Origin: Eledone cirrhosa | Lineage: Eukaryota | Direction: 5' to 3' | Length of the DNA: 64,000 nt | NCBI GenBank assembly: GCA_964016885.1 | Contig: CAXHJY010001253.1 | Span: 1-64,000, forward strand | Part shown: one piece after another, positions 1 through 15,200 of the stretch | Numbering within the stretch: position 1 is the stretch's first letter | Layout of the letters: every line of letters begins with the position of its first letter | Program-made: the position numbers and the translations under genes | Notes under the pieces: model-generated | What the model saw: the letters and a program-made list of their open reading frames with translations, nothing else | What the model was told of the DNA's origin: nothing | Databases searched by the model: none

Positions 1-271
1 ATCGATCCGACCACGGGCGGCCGGCCCGCGATTGAAAAGGTAACTCCGCCGGCAAATCGTCATTTTTGGATTCGTTTTCTTCGAAGCACACCATTCGCCG
101 GCGGACTTTGTTGACGTTTAACACGGTTTGGTTCCACAGCCACAACTATTGATTTTACGGAGATATCTTGCTGAAATTCACGCCACCCATAGCCAATGAG
201 TGTCTGCACATGTACCAGTAATTACAGATCGATACGACCACGGGCGGCCGGCCCGCGATTGAAAAGGTAAC

Positions 272-332
272 TCCGCCGGCAAATCGTCATTTTTGGATTC
301 GTTTTCTTCGAAGCACACCATTCGCCGGCGGA
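272..332. other. Intra-monomer inverted repeat (example copy; present in nearly all A monomers)
   Basis: TCCGCCGGCAAAT (272-284) pairs 12/13 with ATTCGCCGGCGGA (320-332) and extends to 16/19. The spacer is 35 nt. Confidence 0.8.
297..313 (-). other. CENP-B-box-like 17-mer (example copy); function unproven
   Basis: The minus strand reads CTTCGAAGAAAACGAAT, matching 7/9 core positions of NTTCGNNNNANNCGGGN. The variant at 28841-28857 reads CTTCGAAGAAAACGGAT, matching 8/9. Confidence 0.3.
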
Positions 333-3300
333 CTTTGCTGACGTTTAACACGGTTTGGTTCCACAGCCACAACTATTGATTTTACGGAGATATCTTGCTG
401 AAATTCACGCCACCCATAGCCAATGAGTGTCTGCACATGTACCAGTAATTACAGATCGATCCGACCACGGGCGGCCGGCCCGCGATTGAAAAGGTAACTC
501 CGCCGGCAAATCGTCATTTTTGGATTCGTTTTCTTCGAAGCACACCATTCGCCGGCGGACTTTGCTGACGTTTAACACGGTTTGGTTCCACAGCCACAAC
601 TATTGATTTTACGGAGATATCTTGCTGAAATTCACGCCACACATAGCCAATGAGTGTCTGCACATGTACCAGTAATTACAGATCGATCCGACCACGGGCG
701 GCCGGGCCGTGATTGAAAAGGTAACTCCGCCGGCAAATCGTCATTTTTGGATTCGTTTTCTTCGAAGCACACCATTCGCCGGCGGACTTTGTTGACGTTT
801 AACACGGTTTGGTTCCACAGCCACAACTATTGATTTTACGGAGATATCTTGCTGAAATTCACGCCACCCATAGCCAATGAGTGTCTGCACATGTACCAGT
901 AATTACAGATCGACCCGACCACGGGCGGCCGGCCCGCGATTGAAAAGGTAACTCCGCCGGCAAATCGCCATTTTTGGATTCGTTTTCTTCGAAGCACACC
1001 ATTCGCCGGCGGACTTTGTTGACGTTTAACACGGTTTGGTTCCACAGCCACAACTATTGATTTTACCGAGATATCTTGCTGAAATTCACGCCACACATAG
1101 CCAATGAGTGTCTGCAGATGTACCAGTAATTACAGATCGATCCGACCACGGGCGGCCGGGCCGTGATTGAAAAGGTAACTCCGCCGGCAAATCGTCATTT
1201 TTGGATTCGTTTTCTTCGAAGCACACCATTCGCCGGCGGACTTTGTTGACGTTTAACACGGTTTGGTTCCACAGCCACAACTATTGATTTTACGGAGATA
1301 TCTTGCTGAAATTCACGCCACACATAGCCAATGAGTGTCTGCACATGTACCAGTAATTACAGATCGATCCGACCACGGGCGGCCGGCCCGCGATTGAAAA
1401 GGTAACTCCGCCGGCAAATCGCCATTTTTGGATTCGTTTTCTTCGAAGCACACCATTCGCCGGCGGACTTTGTTGACGTTTAACACGGTTTGGTTCCACA
1501 GCCACAACTATTGATTTTACGGAGATATCTTGCTGAAATTCACGCCACACATAGCCAATGAGTGTCTGCACATGTACCAGTAATTACAGATCGATCCGAC
1601 CACGGGCGGCCGGGCCGTGATTGAAAAGGTAACTCCGCCGGCAAATCGTCATTTTTGGATTCGTTTTCTTCGAAGCACACCATTCGCCGGCGGACTTTGC
1701 TGACGTTTAACACGGTTTGGTTCCACAGCCACAACTATTGATTTTACGGAGATATCTTGCTGAAATTCACGCCACACATAGCCAATGAGTGTCTGCACAT
1801 GTACCAGTAATTACAGATCGATCCGACCACGGGCGGCCGGCCCGCGATTGAAAAGGTAACTCCGCCGGCAAATCGTCATTTTTGGATTCGTTTTCTTCGA
1901 AGCACACCATTCGCCGGCGGACTTTGTTGACGTTTAACACGGTTTGGTTCCACAGCCACAACTATTGATTTTACGGAGATATCTTGCTGAAATTCACGCC
2001 ACCCATAGCCAATGAGTGTCTGCACATGTACCAGTAATTACAGATCGATCCGACCACGGGCGGCCGGCCCGCGATTGAAAAGGTAACTCCGCCGGCAAAT
2101 CGTCATTTTTGGATTCGTTTTCTTCGAAGCACACCATTCGCCGGCGGACTTTGCTGACGTTTAACACGGTTTGGTTCCACAGCCACAACTATTGATTTTA
2201 CGGAGATATCTTGCTGAAATTCACGCCACACATAGCCAATGAGTGTCTGCACATGTACCAGTAATTACAGATCGATCCGACCACGGGCGGCCGGCCCGCG
2301 ATTGAAAAGGTAACTCCGCCGGCAAATCGTCATTTTTGGATTCGTTTTCTTCGAAGCACACCATTCGCCGGCGGACTTTGTTGACGTTTAACACGGTTTG
2401 GTTCCACAGCCACAACTATTGATTTTACGGAGATATCTTGCTGAAATTCACGCCACCCATAGCCAATGAGTGTCTGCACATGTACCAGTAATTACAGATC
2501 GATACGACCACGGGCGGCCGGCCCGCGATTGAAAAGGTAACTCCGCCGGCAAATCGTCATTTTTGGATTCGTTTTCTTCGAAGCACACCATTCGCCGGCG
2601 GACTTTGCTGACGTTTAACACGGTTTGGTTCCACAGCCACAACTATTGATTTTACGGAGATATCTTGCTGAAATTCACGCCACACATAGCCAATGAGTGT
2701 CTGCAGATGTACCAGTAATTACAGATCGATCCGACCACGGGCGGCCGGGCCGTGATTGAAAAGGTAACTCCGCCGGCAAATCGTCATTTTTGGATTCGTT
2801 TTCTTCGAAGCACACCATTCGCCGGCGGACTTTGTTGACGTTTAACACGGTTTGGTTCCACAGCCACAACTATTGATTTTACGGAGATATCTTGCTGAAA
2901 TTCACGCCACACATAGCCAATGAGTGTCTGCACATGTACCAGTAATTACAGATCGATCCGACCACGGGCGGCCGGCCCGCGATTGAAAAGGTAACTCCGC
3001 CGGCAAATCGCCATTTTTGGATTCGTTTTCTTCGAAGCACACCATTCGCCGGCGGACTTTGTTGACGTTTAACACGGTTTGGTTCCACAGCCACAACTAT
3101 TGATTTTACCGAGATATCTTGCTGAAATTCACGCCACACATAGCCAATGAGTGTCTGCACATGTACCAGTAATTACAGATCGATCCGACCACGGGCGGCC
3201 GGCCCGCGATTGAAAAGGTAACTCCGCCGGCAAATCGCCATTTTTGGATTCGTTTTCTTCGAAGCACACCATTCGCCGGCGGACTTTGTTGACGTTTAAC

Positions 3301-6300
3301 ACGGTTTGGTTCCACAGCCACAACTATTGATTTTACGGAGATATCTTGCTGAAATTCACGCCACACATAGCCAATGAGTGTCTGCACATGTACCAGTAAT
3401 TACAGATCGATCCGACCACGGGCGGCCGGGCCGTGATTGAAAAGGTAACTCCGCCGGCAAATCGTCATTTTTGGATTCGTTTTCTTCGAAGCACACCATT
3501 CGCCGGCGGACTTTGCTGACGTTTAACACGGTTTGGTTCCACAGCCACAACTATTGATTTTACGGAGATATCTTGCTGAAATTCACGCCACACATAGCCA
3601 ATGAGTGTCTGCACATGTACCAGTAATTACAGATCGATCCGACCACGGGCGGCCGGCCCGCGATTGAAAAGGTAACTCCGCCGGCAAATCGTCATTTTTG
3701 GATTCGTTTTCTTCGAAGCACACCATTCGCCGGCGGACTTTGTTGACGTTTAACACGGTTTGGTTCCACAGCCACAACTATTGATTTTACGGAGATATCT
3801 TGCTGAAATTCACGCCACCCATAGCCAATGAGTGTCTGCACATGTACCAGTAATTACAGATCGATCCGACCACGGGCGGCCGGCCCGCGATTGAAAAGGT
3901 AACTCCGCCGGCAAATCGTCATTTTTGGATTCGTTTTCTTCGAAGCACACCATTCGCCGGCGGACTTTGCTGACGTTTAACACGGTTTGGTTCCACAGCC
4001 ACAACTATTGATTTTACGGAGATATCTTGCTGAAATTCACGCCACACATAGCCAATGAGTGTCTGCACATGTACCAGTAATTACAGATCGATCCGACCAC
4101 GGGCGGCCGGCCCGCGATTGAAAAGGTAACTCCGCCGGCAAATCGTCATTTTTGGATTCGTTTTCTTCGAAGCACACCATTCGCCGGCGGACTTTGCTGA
4201 CGTTTAACACGGTTTGGTTCCACAGCCACAACTATTGATTTTACGGAGATATCTTGCTGAAATTCACGCCACACATAGCCAATGAGTGTCTGCACATGTA
4301 CCAGTAATTACAGATCGATCCGACCACGGGCGGCCGGCCCGCGATTGAAAAGGTAACTCCGCCGGCAAATCGTCATTTTTGGATTCGTTTTCTTCGAAGC
4401 ACACCATTCGCCGGCGGACTTTGTTGACGTTTAACACGGTTTGGTTCCACAGCCACAACTATTGATTTTACGGAGATATCTTGCTGAAATTCACGCCACC
4501 CATAGCCAATGAGTGTCTGCACATGTACCAGTAATTACAGATCGATACGACCACGGGCGGCCGGCCCGCGATTGAAAAGGTAACTCCGCCGGCAAATCGT
4601 CATTTTTGGATTCGTTTTCTTCGAAGCACACCATTCGCCGGCGGACTTTGCTGACGTTTAACACGGTTTGGTTCCACAGCCACAACTATTGATTTTACGG
4701 AGATATCTTGCTGAAATTCACGCCACCCATAGCCAATGAGTGTCTGCACATGTACCAGTAATTACAGATCGATCCGACCACGGGCGGCCGGCCCGCGATT
4801 GAAAAGGTAACTCCGCCGGCAAATCGTCATTTTTGGATTCGTTTTCTTCGAAGCACACCATTCGCCGGCGGACTTTGTTGACGTTTAACACGGTTTGGTT
4901 CCACAGCCACAACTATTGATTTTACGGAGATATCTTGCTGAAATTCACGCCACACATAGCCAATGAGTGTCTGCACATGTACCAGTAATTACAGATCGAT
5001 CCGACCACGGGCGGCCGGCCCGCGATTGAAAAGGTAACTCCGCCGGCAAATCGTCATTTTTGGATTCGTTTTCTTCGAAGCACACCATTCGCCGGCGGAC
5101 TTTGTTGACGTTTAACACGGTTTGGTTCCACAGCCACAACTATTGATTTTACGGAGATATCTTGCTGAAATTCACGCCACCCATAGCCAATGAGTGTCTG
5201 CACATGTACCAGTAATTACAGATCGATCCGACCACGGGCGGCCGGCCCGCGATTGAAAAGGTAACTCCGCCGGCAAATCGTCATTTTTGGATTCGTTTTC
5301 TTCGAAGCACACCATTCGCCGGCGGACTTTGCTGACGTTTAACACGGTTTGGTTCCACAGCCACAACTATTGATTTTACGGAGATATCTTGCTGAAATTC
5401 ACGCCACACATAGCCAATGAGTGTCTGCACATGTACCAGTAATTACAGATCGATCCGACCACGGGCGGCCGGCCCGCGATTGAAAAGGTAACTCCGCCGG
5501 CAAATCGTCATTTTTGGATTCGTTTTCTTCGAAGCACACCATTCGCCGGCGGACTTTGTTGACGTTTAACACGGTTTGGTTCCACAGCCACAACTATTGA
5601 TTTTACGGAGATATCTTGCTGAAATTCACGCCACCCATAGCCAATGAGTGTCTGCACATGTACCAGTAATTACAGATCGATCCGACCACGGGCGGCCGGC
5701 CCGCGATTGAAAAGGTAACTCCGCCGGCAAATCGTCATTTTTGGATTCGTTTTCTTCGAAGCACACCATTCGCCGGCGGACTTTGCTGACGTTTAACACG
5801 GTTTGGTTCCACAGCCACAACTATTGATTTTACGGAGATATCTTGCTGAAATTCACGCCACACATAGCCAATGAGTGTCTGCACATGTACCAGTAATTAC
5901 AGATCGATCCGACCACGGGCGGCCGGCCCGCGATTGAAAAGGTAACTCCGCCGGCAAATCGTCATTTTTGGATTCGTTTTCTTCGAAGCACACCATTCGC
6001 CGGCGGACTTTGTTGACGTTTAACACGGTTTGGTTCCACAGCCACAACTATTGATTTTACGGAGATATCTTGCTGAAATTCACGCCACCCATAGCCAATG
6101 AGTGTCTGCACATGTACCAGTAATTACAGATCGATCCGACCACGGGCGGCCGGCCCGCGATTGAAAAGGTAACTCCGCCGGCAAATCGTCATTTTTGGAT
6201 TCGTTTTCTTCGAAGCACACCATTCGCCGGCGGACTTTGTTGACGTTTAACACGGTTTGGTTCCACAGCCACAACTATTGATTTTACGGAGATATCTTGC

Positions 6301-7214
6301 TGAAATTCACGCCACCCATAGCCAATGAGTGTCTGCACATGTACCAGTAATTACAGATCGACCCGACCACGGGCGGCCGGCCCGCGATTGAAAAGGTAAC
6401 TCCGCCGGCAAATCGTCATTTTTGGATTCGTTTTCTTCGAAGCACACCATTCGCCGGCGGACTTTGCTGACGTTTAACACGGTTTGGTTCCACAGCCACA
6501 ACTATTGATTTTACGGAGATATCTTGCTGAAATTCACGCCACACATAGCCAATGAGTGTCTGCACATGTACCAGTAATTACAGATCGATCCGACCACGGG
6601 CGGCCGGCCCGCGATTGAAAAGGTAACTCCGCCGGCAAATCGTCATTTTTGGATTCGTTTTCTTCGAAGCACACCATTCGCCGGCGGACTTTGTTGACGT
6701 TTAACACGGTTTGGTTCCACAGCCACAACTATTGATTTTACGGAGATATCTTGCTGAAATTCACGCCACACATAGCCAATGAGTGTCTGCACATGTACCA
6801 GTAATTACAGATCGATCCGACCACGGGCGGCCGGCCCGCGATTGAAAAGGTAACTCCGCCGGCAAATCGTCATTTTTGGATTCGTTTTCTTCGAAGCACA
6901 CCATTCGCCGGCGGACTTTGTTGACGTTTAACACGGTTTGGTTCCACAGCCACAACTATTGATTTTACGGAGATATCTTGCTGAAATTCACGCCACACAT
7001 AGCCAATGAGTGTCTGCACATGTACCAGTAATTATAGATCGATCCGACCACGGGCGGCCGGCCCGCGATTGAAAAGGTAACTCCGCCGGCAAATCGTCAT
7101 TTTTGGATTCGTTTTCTTCGAAGCACACCATTCGCCGGCGGACTTTGTTGACGTTTAACACGGTTTGGTTCCACAGCCACAACTATTGATTTTACGGAGA
7201 TATCTTGCTGAAAT

Positions 7215-10200
7215 TCACGCCACACATAGCCAATGAGTGTCTGCACATGTACCAGTAATTACAGATCGATCCGACCACGGGCGGCCGGCCCGCGATTGAA
7301 AAGGTAACTCCGCCGGCAAATCGCCATTTTTGGATTCGTTTTCTTCGAAGCACACCATTCGCCGGCGGACTTTGTTGACGTTTAACACGGTTTGGTTCCA
7401 CAGCCACAACTATTGATTTTACCGAGATATCTTGCTGAAATTCACGCCACACATAGCCAATGAGTGTCTGCACATGTACCAGTAATTACAGATCGATCCG
7501 ACCACGGGCGGCCGGGCCGTGATTGAAAAGGTAACTCCGCCGGCAAATCGTCATTTTTGGATTCGTTTTCTTCGAAGCACACCATTCGCCGGCGGACTTT
7601 GCTGACGTTTAACACGGTTTGGTTCCACAGCCACAACTATTGATTTTACGGAGATATCTTGCTGAAATTCACGCCACACATAGCCAATGAGTGTCTGCAC
7701 ATGTACCAGTAATTATAGATCGATCCGACCACGGGCGGCCGGCCCGCGATTGAAAAGGTAACTCCGCCGGCAAATCGTCATTTTTGGATTCGTTTTCTTC
7801 GAAGCACACCATTCGCCGGCGGACTTTGTTGACGTTTAACACGGTTTGGTTCCACAGCCACAACTATTGATTTTACGGAGATATCTTGCTGAAATTCACG
7901 CCACACATAGCCAATGAGTGTCTGCACATGTACCAGTAATTACAGATCGATCCGACCACGGGCGGCCGGCCCGCGATTGAAAAGGTAACTCCGCCGGCAA
8001 ATCGCCATTTTTGGATTCGTTTTCTTCGAAGCACACCATTCGCCGGCGGACTTTGTTGACGTTTAACACGGTTTGGTTCCACAGCCACAACTATTGATTT
8101 TACGGAGATATCTTGCTGAAATTCACGCCACCCATAGCCAATGAGTGTCTGCACATGTACCAGTAATTACAGATCGATACGACCACGGGCGGCCGGCCCG
8201 CGATTGAAAAGGTAACTCCGCCGGCAAATCGTCATTTTTGGATTCGTTTTCTTCGAAGCACACCATTCGCCGGCGGACTTTGCTGACGTTTAACACGGTT
8301 TGGTTCCACAGCCACAACTATTGATTTTACGGAGATATCTTGCTGAAATTCACGCCACCCATAGCCAATGAGTGTCTGCACATGTACCAGTAATTACAGA
8401 TCGATCCGACCACGGGCGGCCGGCCCGCGATTGAAAAGGTAACTCCGCAGGCAAATCGTCATTTTTGGATTCGTTTTCTTCGAAGCACACCATTCGCCGG
8501 CGGACTTTGTTGACGTTTAACACGGTTTGGTTCCACAGCCACAACTATTGATTTTACGGAGATATCTTGCTGAAATTCACGCCACACATAGCCAATGAGT
8601 GTCTGCACATGTACCAGTAATTACAGATCGATCCGACCACGGGCGGCCGGCCCGCGATTGAAAAGGTAACTCCGCCGGCAAATCGTCATTTTTGGATTCG
8701 TTTTCTTCGAAGCACACCATTCGCCGGCGGACTTTGTTGACGTTTAACACGGTTTGGTTCCACAGCCACAACTATTGATTTTACGGAGATATCTTGCTGA
8801 AATTCACGCCACCCATAGCCAATGAGTGTCTGCACATGTACCAGTAATTACAGATCGATCCGACCACGGGCGGCCGGCCCGCGATTGAAAAGGTAACTCC
8901 GCCGGCAAATCGTCATTTTTGGATTCGTTTTCTTCGAAGCACACCATTCGCCGGCGGACTTTGCTGACGTTTAACACGGTTTGGTTCCACAGCCACAACT
9001 ATTGATTTTACGGAGATATCTTGCTGAAATTCACGCCACACATAGCCAATGAGTGTCTGCACATGTACCAGTAATTACAGATCGATCCGACCACGGGCGG
9101 CCGGCCCGCGATTGAAAAGGTAACTCCGCCGGCAAATCGTCATTTTTGGATTCGTTTTCTTCGAAGCACACCATTCGCCGGCGGACTTTGTTGACGTTTA
9201 ACACGGTTTGGTTCCACAGCCACAACTATTGATTTTACGGAGATATCTTGCTGAAATTCACGCCACCCATAGCCAATGAGTGTCTGCACATGTACCAGTA
9301 ATTACAGATCGATACGACCACGGGCGGCCGGCCCGCGATTGAAAAGGTAACTCCGCCGGCAAATCGTCATTTTTGGATTCGTTTTCTTCGAAGCACACCA
9401 TTCGCCGGCGGACTTTGCTGACGTTTAACACGGTTTGGTTCCACAGCCACAACTATTGATTTTACGGAGATATCTTGCTGAAATTCACGCCACACATAGC
9501 CAATGAGTGTCTGCACATGTACCAGTAATTACAGATCGATCCGACCACGGGCGGCCGGCCCGCGATTGAAAAGGTAACTCCGCCGGCAAATCGCCATTTT
9601 TGGATTCGTTTTCTTCGAAGCACACCATTCGCCGGCGGACTTTGTTGACGTTTAACACGGTTTGGTTCCACAGCCACAACTATTGATTTTACCGAGATAT
9701 CTTGCTGAAATTCACGCCACACATAGCCAATGAGTGTCTGCACATGTACCAGTAATTACAGATCGATCCGACCACGGGCGGCCGGGCCGTGATTGAAAAG
9801 GTAACTCCGCCGGCAAATCGTCATTTTTGGATTCGTTTTCTTCGAAGCACACCATTCGCCGGCGGACTTTGCTGACGTTTAACACGGTTTGGTTCCACAG
9901 CCACAACTATTGATTTTACGGAGATATCTTGCTGAAATTCACGCCACACATAGCCAATGAGTGTCTGCACATGTACCAGTAATTATAGATCGATCCGACC
10001 ACGGGCGGCCGGCCCGCGATTGAAAAGGTAACTCCGCCGGCAAATCGTCATTTTTGGATTCGTTTTCTTCGAAGCACACCATTCGCCGGCGGACTTTGTT
10101 GACGTTTAACACGGTTTGGTTCCACAGCCACAACTATTGATTTTACGGAGATATCTTGCTGAAATTCACGCCACACATAGCCAATGAGTGTCTGCACATG

Positions 10201-11981
10201 TACCAGTAATTACAGATCGATCCGACCACGGGCGGCCGGCCCGCGATTGAAAAGGTAACTCCGCCGGCAAATCGCCATTTTTGGATTCGTTTTCTTCGAA
10301 GCACACCATTCGCCGGCGGACTTTGTTGACGTTTAACACGGTTTGGTTCCACAGCCACAACTATTGATTTTACGGAGATATCTTGCTGAAATTCACGCCA
10401 CCCATAGCCAATGAGTGTCTGCACATGTACCAGTAATTACAGATCGATACGACCACGGGCGGCCGGCCCGCGATTGAAAAGGTAACTCCGCCGGCAAATC
10501 GTCATTTTTGGATTCGTTTTCTTCGAAGCACACCATTCGCCGGCGGACTTTGCTGACGTTTAACACGGTTTGGTTCCACAGCCACAACTATTGATTTTAC
10601 GGAGATATCTTGCTGAAATTCACGCCACCCATAGCCAATGAGTGTCTGCACATGTACCAGTAATTACAGATCGATCCGACCACGGGCGGCCGGCCCGCGA
10701 TTGAAAAGGTAACTCCGCAGGCAAATCGTCATTTTTGGATTCGTTTTCTTCGAAGCACACCATTCGCCGGCGGACTTTGTTGACGTTTAACACGGTTTGG
10801 TTCCACAGCCACAACTATTGATTTTACGGAGATATCTTGCTGAAATTCACGCCACCCATAGCCAATGAGTGTCTGCACATGTACCAGTAATTACAGATCG
10901 ATCCGACCACGGGCGGCCGGCCCGCGATTGAAAAGGTAACTCCGCAGGCAAATCGTCATTTTTGGATTCGTTTTCTTCGAAGCACACCATTCGCCGGCGG
11001 ACTTTGTTGACGTTTAACACGGTTTGGTTCCACAGCCACAACTATTGATTTTACGGAGATATCTTGCTGAAATTCACGCCACACATAGCCAATGAGTGTC
11101 TGCACATGTACCAGTAATTACAGATCGATCCGACCACGGGCGGCCGGCCCGCGATTGAAAAGGTAACTCCGCCGGCAAATCGTCATTTTTGGATTCGTTT
11201 TCTTCGAAGCACACCATTCGCCGGCGGACTTTGTTGACGTTTAACACGGTTTGGTTCCACAGCCACAACTATTGATTTTACGGAGATATCTTGCTGAAAT
11301 TCACGCCACCCATAGCCAATGAGTGTCTGCACATGTACCAGTAATTACAGATCGATCCGACCACGGGCGGCCGGCCCGCGATTGAAAAGGTAACTCCGCC
11401 GGCAAATCGTCATTTTTGGATTCGTTTTCTTCGAAGCACACCATTCGCCGGCGGACTTTGCTGACGTTTAACACGGTTTGGTTCCACAGCCACAACTATT
11501 GATTTTACGGAGATATCTTGCTGAAATTCACGCCACACATAGCCAATGAGTGTCTGCACATGTACCAGTAATTACAGATCGATCCGACCACGGGCGGCCG
11601 GCCCGCGATTGAAAAGGTAACTCCGCCGGCAAATCGTCATTTTTGGATTCGTTTTCTTCGAAGCACACCATTCGCCGGCGGACTTTGTTGACGTTTAACA
11701 CGGTTTGGTTCCACAGCCACAACTATTGATTTTACGGAGATATCTTGCTGAAATTCACGCCACCCATAGCCAATGAGTGTCTGCACATGTACCAGTAATT
11801 ACAGATCGATACGACCACGGGCGGCCGGCCCGCGATTGAAAAGGTAACTCCGCCGGCAAATCGTCATTTTTGGATTCGTTTTCTTCGAAGCACACCATTC
11901 GCCGGCGGACTTTGCTGACGTTTAACACGGTTTGGTTCCACAGCCACAACTATTGATTTTACGGAGATATCTTGCTGAAAT
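7215..11981 (+). repeat. 10-monomer (2270-bp) higher-order duplication; second copy has one extra monomer
   Basis: The variant order repeats from 7215 and 9485. Private allele CTCCGCAGGC at 8449, 10719 (+2270) and 10946 (+227). Confidence 0.88.
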
Positions 11982-12208
11982 TCACGCCACACATAGCCAA
12001 TGAGTGTCTGCACATGTACCAGTAATTACAGATCGATCCGACCACAGGCGGCCGGCCCGCGATTGAAAAGGTAACTCCGCCGGCAAATCGTCATTTTTGG
12101 ATTCGTTTTCTTCGAAGCACACCATTCGCCGGCGGACTTTGCTGACGTTTAACACGGTTTGGTTCCACAGCCACAACTATTGATTTTACGGAGATATCTT
12201 GCTGAAAT

Positions 12209-15200
12209 TCACGCCACCCATAGCCAATGAGTGTCTGCACATGTACCAGTAATTACAGATCGATCCGACCACGGGCGGCCGGCCCGCGATTGAAAAGGTA
12301 ACTCCGCCGGCAAATCGTCATTTTTGGATTCGTTTTCTTCGAAGCACACCATTCGCCGGCGGACTTTGTTGACGTTTAACACGGTTTGGTTCCACAGCCA
12401 CAACTATTGATTTTACGGAGATATCTTGCTGAAATTCACGCCACCCATAGCCAATGAGTGTCTGCACATGTACCAGTAATTACAGATCGATCCGACCACG
12501 GGCGGCCGGCCCGCGATTGAAAAGGTAACTCCGCCGGCAAATCGTCATTTTTGGATTCGTTTTCTTCGAAGCACACCATTCGCCGGCGGACTTTGCTGAC
12601 GTTTAACACGGTTTGGTTCCACAGCCACAACTATTGATTTTACGGAGATATCTTGCTGAAATTCACGCCACCCATAGCCAATGAGTGTCTGCACATGTAC
12701 CAGTAATTACAGATCGATCCGACCACGGGCGGCCGGGCCGTGATTGAAAAGGTAACTCCGCCGGCAAATCGTCATTTTTGGATTCGTTTTCTTCGAAGCA
12801 CACCATTCGCCGGCGGACTTTGTTGACGTTTAACACGGTTTGGTTCCACAGCCACAACTATTGATTTTACGGAGATATCTTGCTGAAATTCACGCCACCC
12901 ATAGCCAATGAGTGTCTGCACATGTACCAGTAATTACAGATCGACCCGACCACGGGCGGCCGGCCCGCGATTGAAAAGGTAACTCCGCCGGCAAATCGTC
13001 ATTTTTGGATTCGTTTTCTTCGAAGCACACCATTCGCCGGCGGACTTTGCTGACGTTTAACACGGTTTGGTTCCACAGCCACAACTATTGATTTTACGGA
13101 GATATCTTGCTGAAATTCACGCCACACATAGCCAATGAGTGTCTGCACATGTACCAGTAATTACAGATCGATCCGACCACGGGCGGCCGGCCCGCGATTG
13201 AAAAGGTAACTCCGCCGGCAAATCGTCATTTTTGGATTCGTTTTCTTCGAAGCACACCATTCGCCGGCGGACTTTGTTGACGTTTAACACGGTTTGGTTC
13301 CACAGCCACAACTATTGATTTTACGGAGATATCTTGCTGAAATTCACGCCACACATAGCCAATGAGTGTCTGCACATGTACCAGTAATTACAGATCGATC
13401 CGACCACGGGCGGCCGGCCCGCGATTGAAAAGGTAACTCCGCCGGCAAATCGTCATTTTTGGATTCGTTTTCTTCGAAGCACACCATTCGCCGGCGGACT
13501 TTGTTGACGTTTAACACGGTTTGGTTCCACAGCCACAACTATTGATTTTACGGAGATATCTTGCTGAAATTCACGCCACCCATAGCCAATGAGTGTCTGC
13601 ACATGTACCAGTAATTACAGATCGATCCGACCACGGGCGGCCGGCCCGCGATTGAAAAGGTAACTCCGCCGGCAAATCGTCATTTTTGGATTCGTTTTCT
13701 TCGAAGCACACCATTCGCCGGCGGACTTTGCTGACGTTTAACACGGTTTGGTTCCACAGCCACAACTATTGATTTTACGGAGATATCTTGCTGAAATTCA
13801 CGCCACACATAGCCAATGAGTGTCTGCACATGTACCAGTAATTACAGATCGATCCGACTACAGGCGGCCGGCCCGCGATTGAAAAGGTAACTCCGCCGGC
13901 AAATCGTCATTTTTGGATTCGTTTTCTTCGAAGCACACCATTCGCCGGCGGACTTTGTTGACGTTTAACACGGTTTGGTTCCACAGCCACAACTATTGAT
14001 TTTACGGAGATATCTTGCTGAAATTCACGCCACCCATAGCCAATGAGTGTCTGCACATGTACCAGTAATTACAGATCGATACGACCACGGGCGGCCGGCC
14101 CGCGATTGAAAAGGTAACTCCGCCGGCAAATCGTCATTTTTGGATTCGTTTTCTTCGAAGCACACCATTCGCCGGCGGACTTTGCTGACGTTTAACACGG
14201 TTTGGTTCCACAGCCACAACTATTGATTTTACGGAGATATCTTGCTGAAATTCACGCCACCCATAGCCAATGAGTGTCTGCACATGTACCAGTAATTACA
14301 GATCGATCCGACCACGGGCGGCCGGCCCGCGATTGAAAAGGTAACTCCGCCGGCAAATCGTCATTTTTGGATTCGTTTTCTTCGAAGCACACCATTCGCC
14401 GGCGGACTTTGTTGACGTTTAACACGGTTTGGTTCCACAGCCACAACTATTGATTTTACGGAGATATCTTGCTGAAATTCACGCCACCCATAGCCAATGA
14501 GTGTCTGCACATGTACCAGTAATTACAGATCGATCCGACCACGGGCGGCCGGCCCGCGATTGAAAAGGTAACTCCGCCGGCAAATCGTCATTTTTGGATT
14601 CGTTTTCTTCGAAGCACACCATTCGCCGGCGGACTTTGCTGACGTTTAACACGGTTTGGTTCCACAGCCACAACTATTGATTTTACGGAGATATCTTGCT
14701 GAAATTCACGCCACCCATAGCCAATGAGTGTCTGCACATGTACCAGTAATTACAGATCGATCCGACCACGGGCGGCCGGGCCGTGATTGAAAAGGTAACT
14801 CCGCCGGCAAATCGTCATTTTTGGATTCGTTTTCTTCGAAGCACACCATTCGCCGGCGGACTTTGTTGACGTTTAACACGGTTTGGTTCCACAGCCACAA
14901 CTATTGATTTTACGGAGATATCTTGCTGAAATTCACGCCACCCATAGCCAATGAGTGTCTGCACATGTACCAGTAATTACAGATCGACCCGACCACGGGC
15001 GGCCGGCCCGCGATTGAAAAGGTAACTCCGCCGGCAAATCGTCATTTTTGGATTCGTTTTCTTCGAAGCACACCATTCGCCGGCGGACTTTGCTGACGTT
15101 TAACACGGTTTGGTTCCACAGCCACAACTATTGATTTTACGGAGATATCTTGCTGAAATTCACGCCACACATAGCCAATGAGTGTCTGCACATGTACCAG

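Noticed and set aside
266-335. Self-cleaving ribozyme in the monomer (TAACTCCGCC resembles the start of some eukaryotic twister ribozymes; hammerheads are known in some satellites)
   Set aside because: I could not find the downstream twister elements (GGTCCCAAGCCC-like and GAGGG-like) or a CTGANGA hammerhead core on either strand. An Infernal/Rfam search of a dimer would settle it.
178-404. Tandem 5S rRNA, tRNA, snRNA or spliced-leader gene array
   Set aside because: I recognise no conserved RNA-gene sequence, cloverleaf or convincing A/B boxes.
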